NCBI RefSeq assembly: GCF_009914755.1
Contig: NC_060928.1
DNA length: 64,000 bases
Source of the DNA: the human T2T-CHM13v2.0 reference genome, Homo sapiens
Strand: one strand, 5' to 3'
Part shown: in pieces, positions 18,710-47,998 of the stretch
Numbering within the stretch: the first letter of the stretch is position 1
How the letters are laid out: every line of letters starts with the position of its first letter
Made by a program: the position numbers and the translations under genes
The notes under the pieces: model-generated
Databases searched by the model: none
What the model saw: only the letters and a program-made list of their open reading frames with translations
What the model was told of the DNA's origin: nothing

Positions 18710-21007
18710 TAAGACGGCTGGTCTAAACATGTATTCGTTCATTTGTTGTTTGTTTTCTGGATTTTTTGCTTCAACAAATGTAAAAGATCACATATTTTTA
18801 TAGTCTGTTTCAATCTTTGAATTCCCTCCTCACCTCCCACAAATCTCACAGAGTTACTTTTCCCTCTTTCCTAGAATTTGATCTTCTTATTTTCTTCTAG
18901 AGAACTAAGCATGATGCATATTATAGGCATGCTTTATCGTGTGGCTTTCCCCTCTTCAAATATTAATGGCCAGGTATTTTAGGATGTGAGAAGGAAGATC
19001 ATGGCTTGTTAAAGTTGCTTTGGTGCATCAAGAGTTTTTTCACTCTATTCTGATGTTTTTTCAGAATGGCCTGAACATCTGTGGAATAATTTAGCAATGT
19101 TTTTCAGTTAGCAAGTGAATATTGAACCTTAAATAAGAAGTGCTTTTAATGTGAACAACCTTATATGACTCCACTATTTTAGTTAGAACTTATAAAAACT
19201 TTTATGCTGGCTGGGCGCGGTGGCTTACGCCTGTAATCCCAGCACTTTGGGAGGCGGAGGCGGGTGTATCACGAGGTCAGGAGATCAAGGCCATCCTGGC
19301 TAACACGGTGAAACCCCGTCTCTAGTAAAAATACAAAAAAAAAAAAAAAAAAGTAGCCGGGCATAGGTGGTGCATGTCTGTAGTCCCAGCTACTTGGGAA
19401 GCTGAGGCAGGAGAATGGCATAAAACCCGGGAGGCGGAGCTTGCAGTGAGCCGAGATCACGCCACTGCACTTCAGCCTGGGAGACAGAGCGAGACTCCGT
19501 CTCAAAAAAAAAAATTTTTTTATGCTAAAACTATAATTTTCTGGTATTCTGCATTATTGAAACATATTCCTCATGTTATTATTAATGATTAAGTAAATTG
19601 ATTCACATAAATGGTTAGATCAGTGCCCTGTACATAAGTGTTAAAAAAAACTTCCAACTGGATAGCTATATAATAGAAGAATTGTATGTGATATGTTTGA
19701 CATGTTTTAGCTCTTGTTAACGGAGGAAATAATTTTTCTATGTTGTTACTTATCTAGCCCAACTTATAAATGTCACCCTTTTTAGAAATAAACCAATTGT
19801 TCAAGTCTCTCATGTCTTGAAGGATATAGTAAACCTTTCTTTTTATAGTATGATCTTTTAAGAAGTATTCATGCAGCATTTGAGTCCCTATTGGTGAGTG
19901 AGCAGACTATCCAATACTCATTGGCCCTCTGGCACAACAAAATTAAAACAAATAAACAAAAATCCGTGACTACCTAGGGTTGCTAGGATTGCTTAAGAAG
20001 AGTCTAAAGTTCTGTTATACATGTGAACGCAGAGGACCCACATGCTTGCATTAGTAAATTAGTATCAAATTTCTTTCACTCTTTTGTGTATCTAAGTGGG
20101 AGTATAGCTAAGACGTATTAGGAAGAGTAGATTTATAATCAAAGTCAAATATAAAAACACAAAAGTGCTATTATGAAGGCTTCATTTGAGAGAGATAAAT
20201 GTTAACTATTATCATGTGCCAGATGCTAGGGCAATTGCTCTGTTATTATCCCCTTTACACAGAATAAAGGGAACAAAAAAGATTAAGTAACTTGCTCAAG
20301 TGGAGTCACTACTAAGCTATTTGACCTCTTCCATTCCCCATCAGTCACTTCAAAACTTAACAGAGGTTAGATGACATTGGAATAGTAGAATTTTTAAAAA
20401 TTCAGTCTTTTCACACACCAAACATAAAAATAAAAGAAGCCGCCAGGTGCGGTGGCTCACATCTGTAATCCCAGCACTTCAGGAGGCCAAGGCGGGTGGA
20501 TCATGACATCAGGAGTTCGAGCCCAGCCTGGCCAATATGGTAAAACCCCGTCTCTACTAAAAATACAAAAATTAGCTGGGCGTGGTGGGCACGCACCTAT
20601 AGTCCCAGCTACTCAGGAGGCTGAGGCAGGAGAACCGCTTGAACCTGGGAGGTGGAGGTTGCAGTGAGCTATCGCACCACTGCATTCCCCCTGGAGGCAG
20701 AGGTTGCAGTGAGCTGAGATCGCACCACTACATTCCAGCCTGGGTGACAGTGAGACTCTGTCTCAAAAAATGAATGAATGAATAAATAAAGCCATTCCTT
20801 TATGTGCTCTAATATTTTGTGTTATTTAGAGCTTATTGATAATACAGGTGAATAAGAGACTATTCACATGATTAAAAAGGGACATACATTACATGTACAC
20901 AAGCCCGTATTGTAACTTTTGGCACCAGGAAGTAAACAAATTCAGATTCATTCCACAAGAGCAAGTGCCTGGAACTAACTCTGAGGAAAAAAATTATCCA
21001 GTGGGTG

Positions 21008-21319
<312 letters not shown>

Positions 21320-21535
21320 TCAAAGCCCTCTTTACTTCTTCCCTATTGCTGTCATATCTGTCTTCAAAACAAAATCTCTTTATGTGTTTACACCAACATG
21401 CAAATATCCACCTCTAATTTTTTTCCCTTCTTATGGTTCATTATAATTCACAGGGAACAAGTACTTGAGCCAAAGAAAGACAAGCATGTTGTAAAACTAT
21501 GACTTCCCAACATATTGGAAATAATAATCTATTAG

Positions 21536-21869
<334 letters not shown>

Positions 21870-21975
21870 TAAAGACAGTCTTAATAGCTGTGTTTGGATG
21901 TGAGGATATGGTTAGTTGAACAAGTGGGATACAAAATTAATATCTGATAGTTATTTAAACTGGGTGAAAATATAG

Positions 21976-22271
<296 letters not shown>

Positions 22272-23795
22272 TAAGCCACCGCGCCTGGCCTAGACATGCA
22301 TTTTCTTAAAAGCCTGGAGGAAAGATATGAAAAGGTTAACAGTAGATGTGAGTGATGGGATTATGATGTTTTCCCCTTCCTATGTTTTGGATTTTCTGAA
22401 TATTCTGCTATAAAAATGTATTATACAATAGGAAAAAAACAGCTTTAGAAAAAAATATGAGTGGGGCAGGGTGTCGCAGGACTGTAGTTCCAGATACTCA
22501 ACAGGCTGAGGTGGGAAGATAGCTTGAGGCCAAGAGTTTGAGGCTGCAGCGTGCTATGATTGCACCTGAGAGTAACCACTGCACTCAAGCCTAGGCAACA
22601 TAGTGAGATCTTGTCTCTAAAAAAAAAGAAAAAAGAAAAGAAAAAATATCTTATGGAAGATAAAATTTGTCTATTCCTTTTCTTTTTCTTTCTTTTTTTT
22701 TTGAAACAGAGTTTCGCTCTTGTTGCCCAGGTTGGAGTGCAATGGTGTGATCTCAGCTCACACAACCTCTGCCTCCCAGGTTCAAGCAATTCTCCTGCCT
22801 CAGCCTCCCGAGTAGCTGGGATTATAGGCATGTGCCACCACACCCGGCTAATTTTTTGTAATTTTAGTAGAGACGGGGTTTCTCCATGTTGATCAGGCTG
22901 GTCTCAAACTCCCGACTTCAGGTGATCCGCCTGCCTCGGCCTCCCAAAGTGCTGGGATTACAGGCTTGAGCCATCGCGCCCGGCCTGTCTATTCCTTTTC
23001 AATTGAAATATTAAAATACTTGGTAAAGTTAATGTGAGAAACCAAGGCTTTTGATTTTAAGTAGCTAGGAACATGTTCATAGTAAATGAAAAACATCTAT
23101 ATCATAATCTGTGAAACAGAATCTTACATTCTGAAAAGTTACATAATTAATTTTCAACGAAGCGATAAGACAATAAATCAGTTCCTTTTTCTTTCATAAT
23201 TTATTTTATACACATTACACACATGTGCCTCTGTGTGCGTGCGTGTATGTATGAATATATATATTCTAAGGCACAAAAAGTGCTTCAGAAAAAGATAATG
23301 CTTTTAGATCCCTCATAAATTGGAAGTATATTTGAGGTTTTCCGGTAGTGGTGGTAAAGTTGCATGCATCTGAGGCAGGCGGATCACTTGAGGCCAGGAG
23401 TTCGAGACCAGCCTAGCCAACATGGTGATACCCCGTCTCTACTAAAAATACAAAAAATTAGCAGGGTGAGGTGGTGCATGCCTGTAATTCTAGCTACTTG
23501 GGAGGCTGAGGCATGAGAATCACTTGAACCGGGAGGCAGAGGTTGCAGTGAGCAGAGATCATGCCACTGCAGTCCAGCCTGGGCGACAGAGCGAGACCCT
23601 GTCTCAAAAGAAAAAAAAAAGTTACATGGATTCAAACACCCATTCTGGGGAGGGTAACTGCCTATTTCATAGCTATTTAGAGAGGATGTCAAGTTGCAAG
23701 CCACAGATAAATTTGGAAATAACTTACAGTAAAGGCATTGTTTGTCCCCCCTTTTTGTTAGTTACTTAGAGTTTTTCTTTCATATTTAATTTTAG

Positions 23796-23847
23796 ACAAG
23801 CCATCTATGATGCATTTGACCGCTTCCTCCATAAATACGCTAACTAG
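23796..23847 (+). CDS. ABHD18: ABHD18 terminal coding segment (RQAIYDAFDRFLHKYAN-stop)
   Basis: tttag| acceptor, phase 2 completes the AG|A codon, TAG at 23845-23847. Confidence 0.93.
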
Positions 23848-28060
<4,213 letters not shown>

Positions 28061-28419
28061 GACTGGGAATGGGAGTCTTAGATAGAGTCTCCTATATGTT
28101 AATAATAGTAACTGCGTTTGGAAAGGTGAGGAAAGATTATGGTAGATTAGACAAAGGGGAAAAAGGTCATTTGGCCACTTTGCAGTAAAATAGCCTAATT
28201 CTATGAATATTCTTATAGACAAAATCCTAGGAAACCAATGACTGTATGAATTATAAGCCAGGAATTGAATCAGCCAGCACCTTGGTGGACTCCCCAGCTC
28301 CAGAAGTGTGAGAAATAAATATCTGTTGTCTAAGCCACCAAATTAAGGTATTCTTTTATAGTAGCCCAAACAGACTGAGGTAACAGGTCATGTGAGCAAC
28401 CATTAAATAAGAGTATAAA

Positions 28420-28926
<507 letters not shown>

Positions 28927-29463
28927 GATACAAAAAATCTGAAAAGTGGCCCGGCGCAGTGGCTCATGCCTGTAATCCCAGCACTTTGGGAGGCGGAGGT
29001 GGCTGGGTCACCTGAGGTCAGAAGTTCAAGACCAGCCAGGCCAACATGATGAAACCCCATCTCTACTAAAAATACAAAAGTTAGCCGGGCGTGGTGGCGG
29101 ATGCCTGTAATCCCAGCTACTTGGAAGGCTGAGGGAAGAGAATCGAACCTGGGAGATAGAGGTTGCAGTGAGCCAAGATCGCACCACTGCACTCCAACCT
29201 GGGCAACAGAGCAGGACTCTGTCTCAAAAAGAAAAAAGAAAAAAAGTTAGGCATAGCAGGGCACAGTCTTGTGTGCCTGTACTGCCAACCACTCAAGAGG
29301 CTGATGCAGGAGGATCACTTGCACCCAGGAGTTCAAGGCTGCAGTGAGCTATGGTTGCACTACTGCATTTCAGCCAGGGTGACAGAGCAAGGCCCTCTCT
29401 AAAAAACAAATAAAAATAGCTGGGCGCGGTGGCTCACGCCTGTAATCCTAGAGAGAACCGTTA

Positions 29464-29838
<375 letters not shown>

Positions 29839-29959
29839 CTACAAAAATCAGTTAAAAAAAAGATTTTCAAAGAAAACTCAAAATACAAAATTAAGAGGGA
29901 TGAGAATTGATCCCAAGAAAATTAGTTAACAATTAGTATGGGCCGGGCTTGGTGGCTCA

Positions 29960-30276
<317 letters not shown>

Positions 30277-30494
30277 TTAACTGCATCATGAAGAAATTGA
30301 TCAGAGTTTAACTTGTTTAGCAAAATTTGTTCCTGAAAATACTTTGTTAATGAAGTGCTATAACTAGATTATGCAGGGTCCTGTAGGATTTTAGTCTCTA
30401 TGCAAAGAGCTACAGGAAGACATTAAAGGTTTTTCTCCATTGATTTAACATGTGTCTTAAATACATTTTAAGATGTATTTGGGACAAATTTAGG

Positions 30495-30633
30495 ATTAGG
30501 ACAAATACCTAATGCATGCAGGGCTTAAAACCTAGATGACAGGTTGATGGGTGCAGCAAGCCACCATGGCACGTGTATACTTATGTAACAAACCTGCACG
30601 TTCTGCACATGTATCCCAGAACTTAAAAAAAAA
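30495..30633 (+). mobile_element. L1PA 3' end fragment (older subfamily)
   Basis: aaatacctaatgcatgcagggcttaaaacctagatg...gtatcccagaacttaaa plus A-tail. Confidence 0.85.
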
Positions 30634-30947
30634 AGATTGTCAATTGATCATTAGAAAAAATGTATCTGGAAAAGCTCATTCACTCTGGCTGCAATGAGGA
30701 GAACCAATTGAAGGGGGCCTATAGTTCATGCAAATGTTTCAACTAGAAGGTCATCAACGTGGCCAGGTGAAACATGATGATAGCTAAAACTAGGATGGTG
30801 GCAGTGGATGTGAAGAAATCTGGATGTATTTCAGAGATAATACAGGTGATGAGATGATGGTAGGTTGGGGGGGTGAGGGTGGTACTTTTCAAAGAGATAG
30901 AGAACCCTGGAAGAAAACTAGTGTGAGAATACAGATTAAAAATCTAG

Positions 30948-31169
<222 letters not shown>

Positions 31170-32299
31170 TAGTAGAGACAGGGTTTCACCATGTTACCCC
31201 AGGCTGGTGTGGAACTCCTGAGCTCAGGCGATCTACCCACCTTGGCTTCCCAAAGTGCTGGGATTACAGGTGTGAGCCACCGCGCCCGGCCCATACAGAT
31301 TTTTATATGTCTAAAACTAGACAGTAACATGGCAGTTGGAGGCTCAAAGCAGAGGCCTGAACAGGAGATAAAAACTCCTAATCACTAGTATTTAGATGGT
31401 AACTGATGTTACAGGCATGGGTGAGATTTTGAGGACAGCCTAGGAAAGGAAGAGGACATTGGACAATGGTTCTCAAACTTTTTCATCTAAGAAATCCTTT
31501 AACTCTTTTTTTTATTTTTTTTGAAGACGGAGTTTTGCTCTTGTTGCCCAGGCTAGAGTGCAATGGCACGATCTCACTTCAACCTCCGCCTCCCGGGTTC
31601 AAGCGATTCTCCTGGCTCAGCCTCCTGAGTAGCTGGGATTACAGGCACATGCCACCACGCCCAGCTAATTTTTTTATAGTTTTAGTAGGGACGGGGTTTC
31701 GCCATGTTGGCCAGGCTGGTATCAAACTCCTGACCTCAAGTTATCCGTCCGCCTCGGTCTCCCAAAGTGCTGGGATTACAGGCGTGAGCCACCACACCCA
31801 GCCTGAACTATATCTATTTTATAAAAAGAAAACACAGTGAAAGGCATTCAGGTACTTGATGAGATCCTCACTGTTAGTTTAATGGTAGAGCCAGAACTCT
31901 TCCCCTTCCCCTCCTTTTCAATCAGCCCTCCAGAGATTTCTCTTAGCTGGGGCTAAGGCCCCTAATTTTGTTATTTCTGTGACACTTAGTACTTTCCTTT
32001 ATCACAGCCCTTATTTCATTATATTTAAATAATTAGTTAATTGTGTCCCACCCCCTCCATACCCAGTCTGTGAAGGAAGCAGATCTTACTCATTTTTATG
32101 CCCTCAGTGCCTGGCACGGTTGGAGGCATTACTAAGTGTTCCATCAAAGTTTGCAGAATGATTTGAAGTGTAGTGTTCTTTTCACTGTTCCAGCTTGTAG
32201 TTTTAAACCATATTAGAAAGGAATTTTAAGCAGGAATTTTAAGCAGAAATTTTATGATCTTCTCCAGTGGTTTTCAAACTGGGTTCCACATGCTTCTGA

Positions 32300-32684
<385 letters not shown>

Positions 32685-32864
32685 TCATTTAGGCCAATAG
32701 TTCTCAATCCTGGTTACGGATTTGAGTCTCAGCAGAAAGCTGTTAATAAATATTGATGTCCAAGCTATACTCCAGGCTAATTAAATCAGAACCTCTGAGA
32801 AGGGGGCCCCCTACAAGGGCATTTTTTCCTCAAAAAATCTTGAGGTGATTTAAATGTACAGTCA

Positions 32865-32999
<135 letters not shown>

Positions 33000-33042
33000 T
33001 TAGGCAGGCGTGGTGGTGGGCACCTGTAATCCCAGCTACTCA

Positions 33043-33147
<105 letters not shown>

Positions 33148-33199
33148 TCAAAAAAATAAAAAATGTAGAGTCAATGTTGAGATTTACCATGATCTAGAT

Positions 33200-36905
<3,706 letters not shown>

Positions 36906-37069
36906 CTATATGACCTTGAATTGTTTTCTAAGTAGTATATTTTTACTAGTGCTTATGATTGGAATCAGTTATATAGTAATAAATATGGTTGTTCATATAT
37001 GTGACATATAGTAATAAAAACATTGTAAGTCAGAAAAAAAGCCAGTAGTCTTCTTACCCTTCATGTTCC

Positions 37070-37400
37070 CTATGTATGATTTTGTAATTAGAAAAATATT
37101 GGGTCACTGAGTTATGCAGACCTCCAAAATGTTGACACATTTCATTACACAACATCAAAAATTAGGTTCATTAAAATCACTACTGAGCTCATCAGAAAAT
37201 CTTTAAGCACTAGGAAGCTGTTGAGTTCATGGTAATGGTTAAAAGTTTTCCAAGCTTCTCATTTTCTCTTGAAAACTTGAAGGTTATCACTGACAACAAA
37301 TATTGTCTAGTTGTTGCCACTGATGTGACAGGCTCATTTCATTCATTTTTTAGAAGATGTCTGCCAAATTACCTAAGCACAAGTAAACCTATTTTGTTAT
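37070..37400. mobile_element. Charlie1-like DNA transposon internal fragment
   Basis: atgcagacctccaaaatgttgacacatttcatta...gatgtctgccaaat resembles the recalled Charlie1 consensus. Confidence 0.55.
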
Positions 37401-37453
37401 CAATAGTTTTTTTCTTTTTTGTGTGTGTGACAGAGTCTCGCCCTGTTCCCTAG

Positions 37454-37642
<189 letters not shown>

Positions 37643-37919
37643 TGATCCGCCCGCCTCGGCCTCCCAAAGTGCTAGGATTACAGGTGTGAGCCACCGTGCT
37701 CAGCCCCATTTGATCTTATTTCTAGGGGATCATGACACTGAAACCACAGAGAAGGGAATGCAGTCCTCTCATACTACATTGTTCTGCAGTAAGAGATAGC
37801 TATAAACTCAAAATAACATAAAGCTGTTTGTGGATTCTTAAATTTTCAGACCAATCTATGAACAAAGCACAAAGGTATATTATGGTTACTCAATAGAGTA
37901 TAAGTGATTACTCCTGACA

Positions 37920-38400
37920 ATGTAAGGAAAAGGAAGAAATGTCCAGGATGTGGAGACCTCTCATACGCTGCCAGTGGGTGTGTGAATTGGTACAAGAGTT
38001 TGGAAAATGACTTGGCAATATTTGGAACAAATGAAGATATGCAGATCCTATGACTCAGAAATTCTATTCCTAAAATGATACCCTCAATAAATTGGCACAT
38101 GCACACCAGAAAAAAAAATGTTCATAAAAGCCATGTTTACAGTAGTCCCAAATTGGAAGCCGAAAAATTCATCAACAATAGCATAAAAAATTGTGATATA
38201 GTCATTCAATGAAATACACATACTATAACAGAATAAATGACCTACAGCTACTCTCAACTTGTATGAATCTTAAAAACATAATATTGAATGAAAGAAGCAA
38301 GACGGAAAGTAGCATATGATTCCATCTACATATAGTTTTAAAAATAGGCAAAACTATGGGATGCATGTTTAGTGACAAACCATAAAGAAAAGCAAGAAAT
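37920..38400 (+). mobile_element. Old L1 (L1ME-like) fragment
   Basis: ctctcatacgctgccagtggg...ttggaaaa...atgaatcttaaaaacataatattgaatgaaagaagc pattern. Confidence 0.65.
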
Positions 38401-38687
38401 TTGAGGAGGCCAAGGCAGGAGTATAGCTTGAGCCCAGGAGTCCAAGACAAGCCTGGGCAACGGACACCTCATCGCTACAAAAATTGAAACAAATAAAAAA
38501 TTTGCCACGGCCGGGCACAGTGGCTCACGCCTGTAATCCCAGCACTTTGGGAGGCTGAGGCAGGTGGATCACGAGGTCAAGAGATCGAGACCACGCTGGC
38601 CAACATGGTGAAACCCCGTCTCTACTAAAAAAAAAATACAAAAATTAGCTGGGCATGGTGGCATGTGCCTGTAATCCCAGCTACTTA

Positions 38688-38919
<232 letters not shown>

Positions 38920-39881
38920 CTATAGCCTGAACAAAAGAGTGAGATCTTGTCTCGAAAAAAAAAAAAAAAATGGTGTGTGTTGGTGGGGGACACATGGGAG
39001 TTCTAATAAGAGGGTTGAATGTAAAAATAAAGAAAAGCAGACAACCGTTGGAAGGTAGAACAAAGGGTAGGATGATATATTCTCATTTTATAGAGTGGCA
39101 ATATAAGAAGCTCTTTCTAAAATTGGTGAAATACTAAGTAAATGTTCAAATTACTTAAATTATTTAAAATTTCCAAGTAAACAACAAAAATATCAGAAAT
39201 TGGGAGGAGAATCGAGCAGGGGCTTACGTAAGTGTGTTAAATCCTCATGTTTTATAGTGGCAAGGCAAAAGTTGAAAGATGGTAACTTTGGGGATTAGTA
39301 CCTTTGTGAAGTAGAACTGTTTTTTTATTTTCATTATAAACAATATTGTACCATTTGGTGTTACCATATGCATAAGCTAATTGCATTTTTTTTTTTTTGA
39401 GACGGAGTTTCGCTCTTGTTGCCCAGGTTGGAGTGCAATGGCGCCATCTGCGGCTCACTGCAACCTCTGCCTCCTGGGTTCAAGCGATTCTTCTGCCTCA
39501 GCCTCCTGAGCAGCTGGGATTACAGGCCACCACACCCAGCTAATTTTGTATTTTTAGTAGAGACGGGGTTTCTCCACGTTGGTCAGGGTGGTCTCGAACT
39601 CCCAACCTCAGGTGATCCGCCCACCTCGGCCTCCCAAAGTGCTGGGATTACAGGTGTGAGCCACCACGCCTGGCGGCTGATTGCATTTTAAAAACCACAA
39701 GCTATTTTGTAGTATTGTTGAACAACTTTAAGGGGAAAAAAAGGCAATATAGTGTATTGTTATGGTTAAGAGTATGAACTATGGAGAACTATGAAGCCAG
39801 ATTGCTTGGGCTCAAATCCTTGCTCTGGCACTTTCTTTTTTTTTTTTTTTTTGAGATGGGAGTCTTTTTTTTTTTTTTTGA

Positions 39882-40185
<304 letters not shown>

Positions 40186-41093
40186 TGATTCTAGGCAAGC
40201 CATTTATCCATTTTGCCTCAGTTTCCTCATTTAAAAATGGGGGCAATAATAATCTGTATTTTATATAGTTGTTCTTAGGATTAAATGAATTAACACATGT
40301 AAAACACTTAGTGTCTAGCATATGTGTGTTAACTATTACCTACCACTAGGTAGTTAATTGTGAAAAATAAAGCTGAAAGGAAAAGATGAAGACTGAAAAT
40401 TACCCAGTAGACTTATTAACATGTAAGTCATTTGATATTTTAGTGACACGGTTGAGTGATAGAGCCAGAAACTGGACTGAAGAGGGAGAAGTGAAGAAAC
40501 AGATGCATACTCAATTTTCCATGAATCATTGATCATACTCCTTACATTTTTTTCTTAACTCCTTTGACTTTCCCAAAGATAACTACTATCTTTTTTTTTT
40601 TTTTTTTGAGATGGAGTCTCGTTCTGTCACCCAGGCTGGAGTGCAGTGGCACAATCTCGGCTCACTGCCACCCCGCCTCCCCGGTTCAAGCAATTATCTG
40701 CCTCAGCCTCCCGAGTAGCTGGGATTATAGGAACATGCCACCACGCCTGGCTAATTTTTGTATTTTTAGTAGAGACAGGGTTTCACCATCTTGGCCAGCC
40801 TGGTCTTGAACTCCTGACCTCGTGATCCACCCGCCTCGCCCTCCCAAAGTACTGGGATTACAGGCGTGAGCCACTGTGCCCGGCCTGATAACTGCTATCT
40901 TTACTTCTAACACAATAGATTAATTTTGCTCTTTTTGAACTTTAAGTAAATTTAACTCTATACAAATCACAGTGTATTTATGTGTGCCATCTTTTATGTT
41001 TACCAGCCTAACACTATGCCTTTGAGATGTATCCATATTGTTGCCTGTAGATGTAGTTAATTTTTCAAAGCTGTATATTATTTCATTATATAC

Positions 41094-41643
41094 TGTATTA
41101 GTCAGGGTTCTTTAGAGGGACAGAACTAATAGGATATGAAAGGGAGTTTATTAAGGAGAATTGACTCACACTATCACAAGGTAAAATCCCAGGATAGGTG
41201 GTCTGCAAGTTGAGGAGCAAGGAAGTCAGTGGTAGATCAGTCCCCCAAAACCCCAAAAGTAGGGAAGCAGCCTTCTGTTTGTGGCCAAAGGCTCAAGAGC
41301 CCCTGGCAAACTACTGGTGTACATCCAAGAGTTCAAAAGCTGAAAAGCTTGTAGTCTGATGTTTGAGGGCAGGAAACATCCAGCATGGGAAAAAGATGAA
41401 GGTCGGAAGACTCAGCAAGTCTAGTCCTTCCACTTTCTTCTGCCTGCTTTATTCTAGCCATGCTGGCAGCTGATTAGATGGTGCCCACCCAGATTGAGGT
41501 TGAGTTTCCCTCTCCCAGTCCACCAACTCAAATGTTAATCTCTTTTGGCAACACCCTCACAGGCACACCCAGGAACAATTCTTGGATTGAAGGATTTTTA
41601 TTCTTCAATCCAATCAAGTTGACACTCAATATTAACCATCACA
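41094..41643 (-). mobile_element. MLT2A-type (ERVL) solo LTR inserted in an old L1 fragment
   Basis: tgtattagtcagggttct...attaaccatcaca termini, 5-bp TSD TATAC. Confidence 0.85.
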
Positions 41644-41925
41644 TATACCATGCCACTATTTATGTATTCTACTGCTGGTAGGCATTTAGGCTATTTCCAG
41701 TTTAGGGCTAGAAGAATGATAAAGAATGCTGGGGTTTTTCTGTTCATGTGTTTTGGTGCACTTGTGCACACATTACTGTTGGAGCAAAATGGCTGGGTCA
41801 GAGATATGCTCATATTCAACTATACTAAGTACTGCCAGTTTCCCACAATAGTTGTACTAATTTTGGTAGTGTCACACTGTTTTTTTTCTTTTTTTTTTTT
41901 TTTAATGTCATCTGGTAAGTTGTAG

Positions 41926-42228
<303 letters not shown>

Positions 42229-42248
42229 TGAGCCTGGCCAGGTTGTAG

Positions 42249-42524
<276 letters not shown>

Positions 42525-42579
42525 TGACTTCGTCATCTGCCTGTCTTGGCCTCCCAAAGTGCTGGGATTACAGGTATGA

Positions 42580-44273
<1,694 letters not shown>

Positions 44274-45107
44274 CTGGCCATATATATATATATATATATA
44301 TTTTTTTTTTTTTTGTAGAGACCGGGTTTCATCATGTTGCCCAGGCTAGTCTCAAACTCCTGGGTTCAGTCTCCTGGGCTCAATCAATCCACCAACATTG
44401 GCCTCCCAAAGTGCTGGGATTACAGGCTTGAGCTACTGTGCCCAGCCTATGATTTTCATATAAACATATGAAGCATTTTGATTCTCTCAGATTTTACACT
44501 CAGAATACACTATCTACAGTTAATTCTGAACTTTTTCTCCTACTTAATTATATTATAAGAATACTAAGAAGATGAGCTGAGATAGGGTCTTGCTATGTTG
44601 CCCAGTCTGGTCTCAAACTCCTAAGCTCAAGTGATTCTCCTGCCTCAGCCTCTCAAGTAGCTGGGACTACAGGCAGCTGCCACTGTGCCCAGCTTTAGGC
44701 AGAAATTTAGAACTTGATCTCTTTATTTCATTTCTCATATCCATTAGATTAGCAATTCCTGTTAATGAGATCATTCCCAAAATGTATCTCAAATCATTCC
44801 ATTGTCCTATGCACTGCCACCTCTTAAGTCCAGACCATCATCATATCATTCTTGGAATACTACAACAACTTCATGTTTTTCACATTTTGCATTTTGTCAC
44901 TGCCCATTCCACTTCATTTTCCGTATTACAGCAACAGGGGTATTAACTCTTACATCTTTTCAGTGTTTTTCCATTGCTCTGATAGAATTCAAATTCTGTC
45001 ATAATCCAGAAGCCCCTGCAGGCTCTGCCTTAGGCTATCTCTCTAACCTCATCTTTACTCATGCTTTGTTTTTTTTTTTGTTTTGTTTTTTTGTTTGTTT
45101 GTTTTGA

Positions 45108-45418
<311 letters not shown>

Positions 45419-45658
45419 TGAGACAGGGTCTCGCTTGAACCCGGGAGGCGGAGGTTGCAGTGAGCTGAGACGGCGTCACTGCACTACGGTCTGGGCGATG
45501 CAGCGAGACTGTCTCAAAAAAAAAAAAAATTAAATTAAATTAAAAAGTTAAATGGAACTGAATAGATCATGTAAGAATGTCTTCATAGCCCAGCGCAGTG
45601 GCTCACGCTGTAATCCCAGCACTTTGGGAGGCCGAGGCGGATGGATCACCTGAGGTCA

Positions 45659-45874
<216 letters not shown>

Positions 45875-45992
45875 TCACCTGTAATCCCAGCACCTTGGGA
45901 GGCTGAGGCTGGCAGGTCACCTGAGGTCAGGAGTTCAAGACCAGGCTGGTAAACATGGTGAAACCCCGTCTCTATTAAAAACACAAAAATTA

Positions 45993-46293
<301 letters not shown>

Positions 46294-46488
46294 TCAGGCA
46301 TGGTGGCACATGCCAGGAGAATCGCTTGAACCCAGGAGGAAGAGGCTGTAGTGAGCCAAAATCGTACCACTGCACTCCAGCCTAGGCAACAGAGTGAGGC
46401 AACAGAAAGAGGCCTCTTTCAACAGGCCAGGCGCGGTGGCTCACGCCTGTAATTCCAGCACTTTGGGAGGCCAAGCGGGGGCAGATCA

Positions 46489-46743
<255 letters not shown>

Positions 46744-47395
46744 TTATGGCTGGGTGTGTGGCTCACGCCTGTAATCCCAGCACTTTGGGAGGCCGAGGTG
46801 AGTGGATCACTTGAGGTCAGGAGTTTGAGAGCAGCCTGGCCAAGATGGTGAAAACCCCTTCTCTACTAAAAATTCAAAAATTAGCTGGGTGTGGTGGCAG
46901 GCACCTGTAATCGCAGCACGACACCACACCCAGCTAAATTTTTGTATTTTTAGTAGAGACGGGGTTTCACTGTGTTGGCCAGGCTAGTCTGGAACTCCTG
47001 ACCTCGTGATCCGCCAGCCTTGGCCTCCCAAAGTGCTGGGATTACAGGCGTGAGCCACCTCGCCTGGCTGATGGCAGTGTTTTGAACCAAATAATTTGTT
47101 CTTCCAGACCAGGTGAACACCCTACCCAAGGGCAGATAATCCACAGATTGGCTAATGAATTGTATAATCTGGCTGGAAAAAATAAGTAGGGTCAAGCAGT
47201 CTTTTATCCTTAATTTTGAACTATGAAGCAGAGGAAGAGTCTGGCACGTAGCTGCAGAGGCAGAATGAAGTAACAAGATAGAGGTTAATTACAGCAAATT
47301 GGGTCAGTCAGATGAAACTAAAATCAGACGGAACGCTCAAATTTTGGAATTTTAAGTTTATTATTAAAAGGACACTTTACAGAGGTGTGAGGCTA

Positions 47396-47701
<306 letters not shown>

Positions 47702-47969
47702 TCATGCCTGTAATCCCAGCACTTTGGGAAGCCGAGGCGGGTGGATCATTTGAGGTCAGGAGTTCAAGACCAGCCTGGCCAACCTGATGAAACCCCGTCT
47801 CTACTAAAAATACAAAAATTAGCCGGGTGGTAGTGGCGCGCCTGTAATCCCAGCTACTCAGGAAGCTAAGGCAGGAGCATCTCTTGAGCCTGGGAGGCAG
47901 AGGTTGCAGTTAGCCGAGATCACGCCACTGTACTCCAGCCTGGGCAATAGAGTGAGACTCTGTCTCAAA

Positions 47970-47998
47970 CCACCACCACCACCACCATCACCACCACC
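47970..47998. repeat. (CCA)n trinucleotide repeat in an Alu tail
   Basis: Direct reading, one interruption. Confidence 0.9.
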
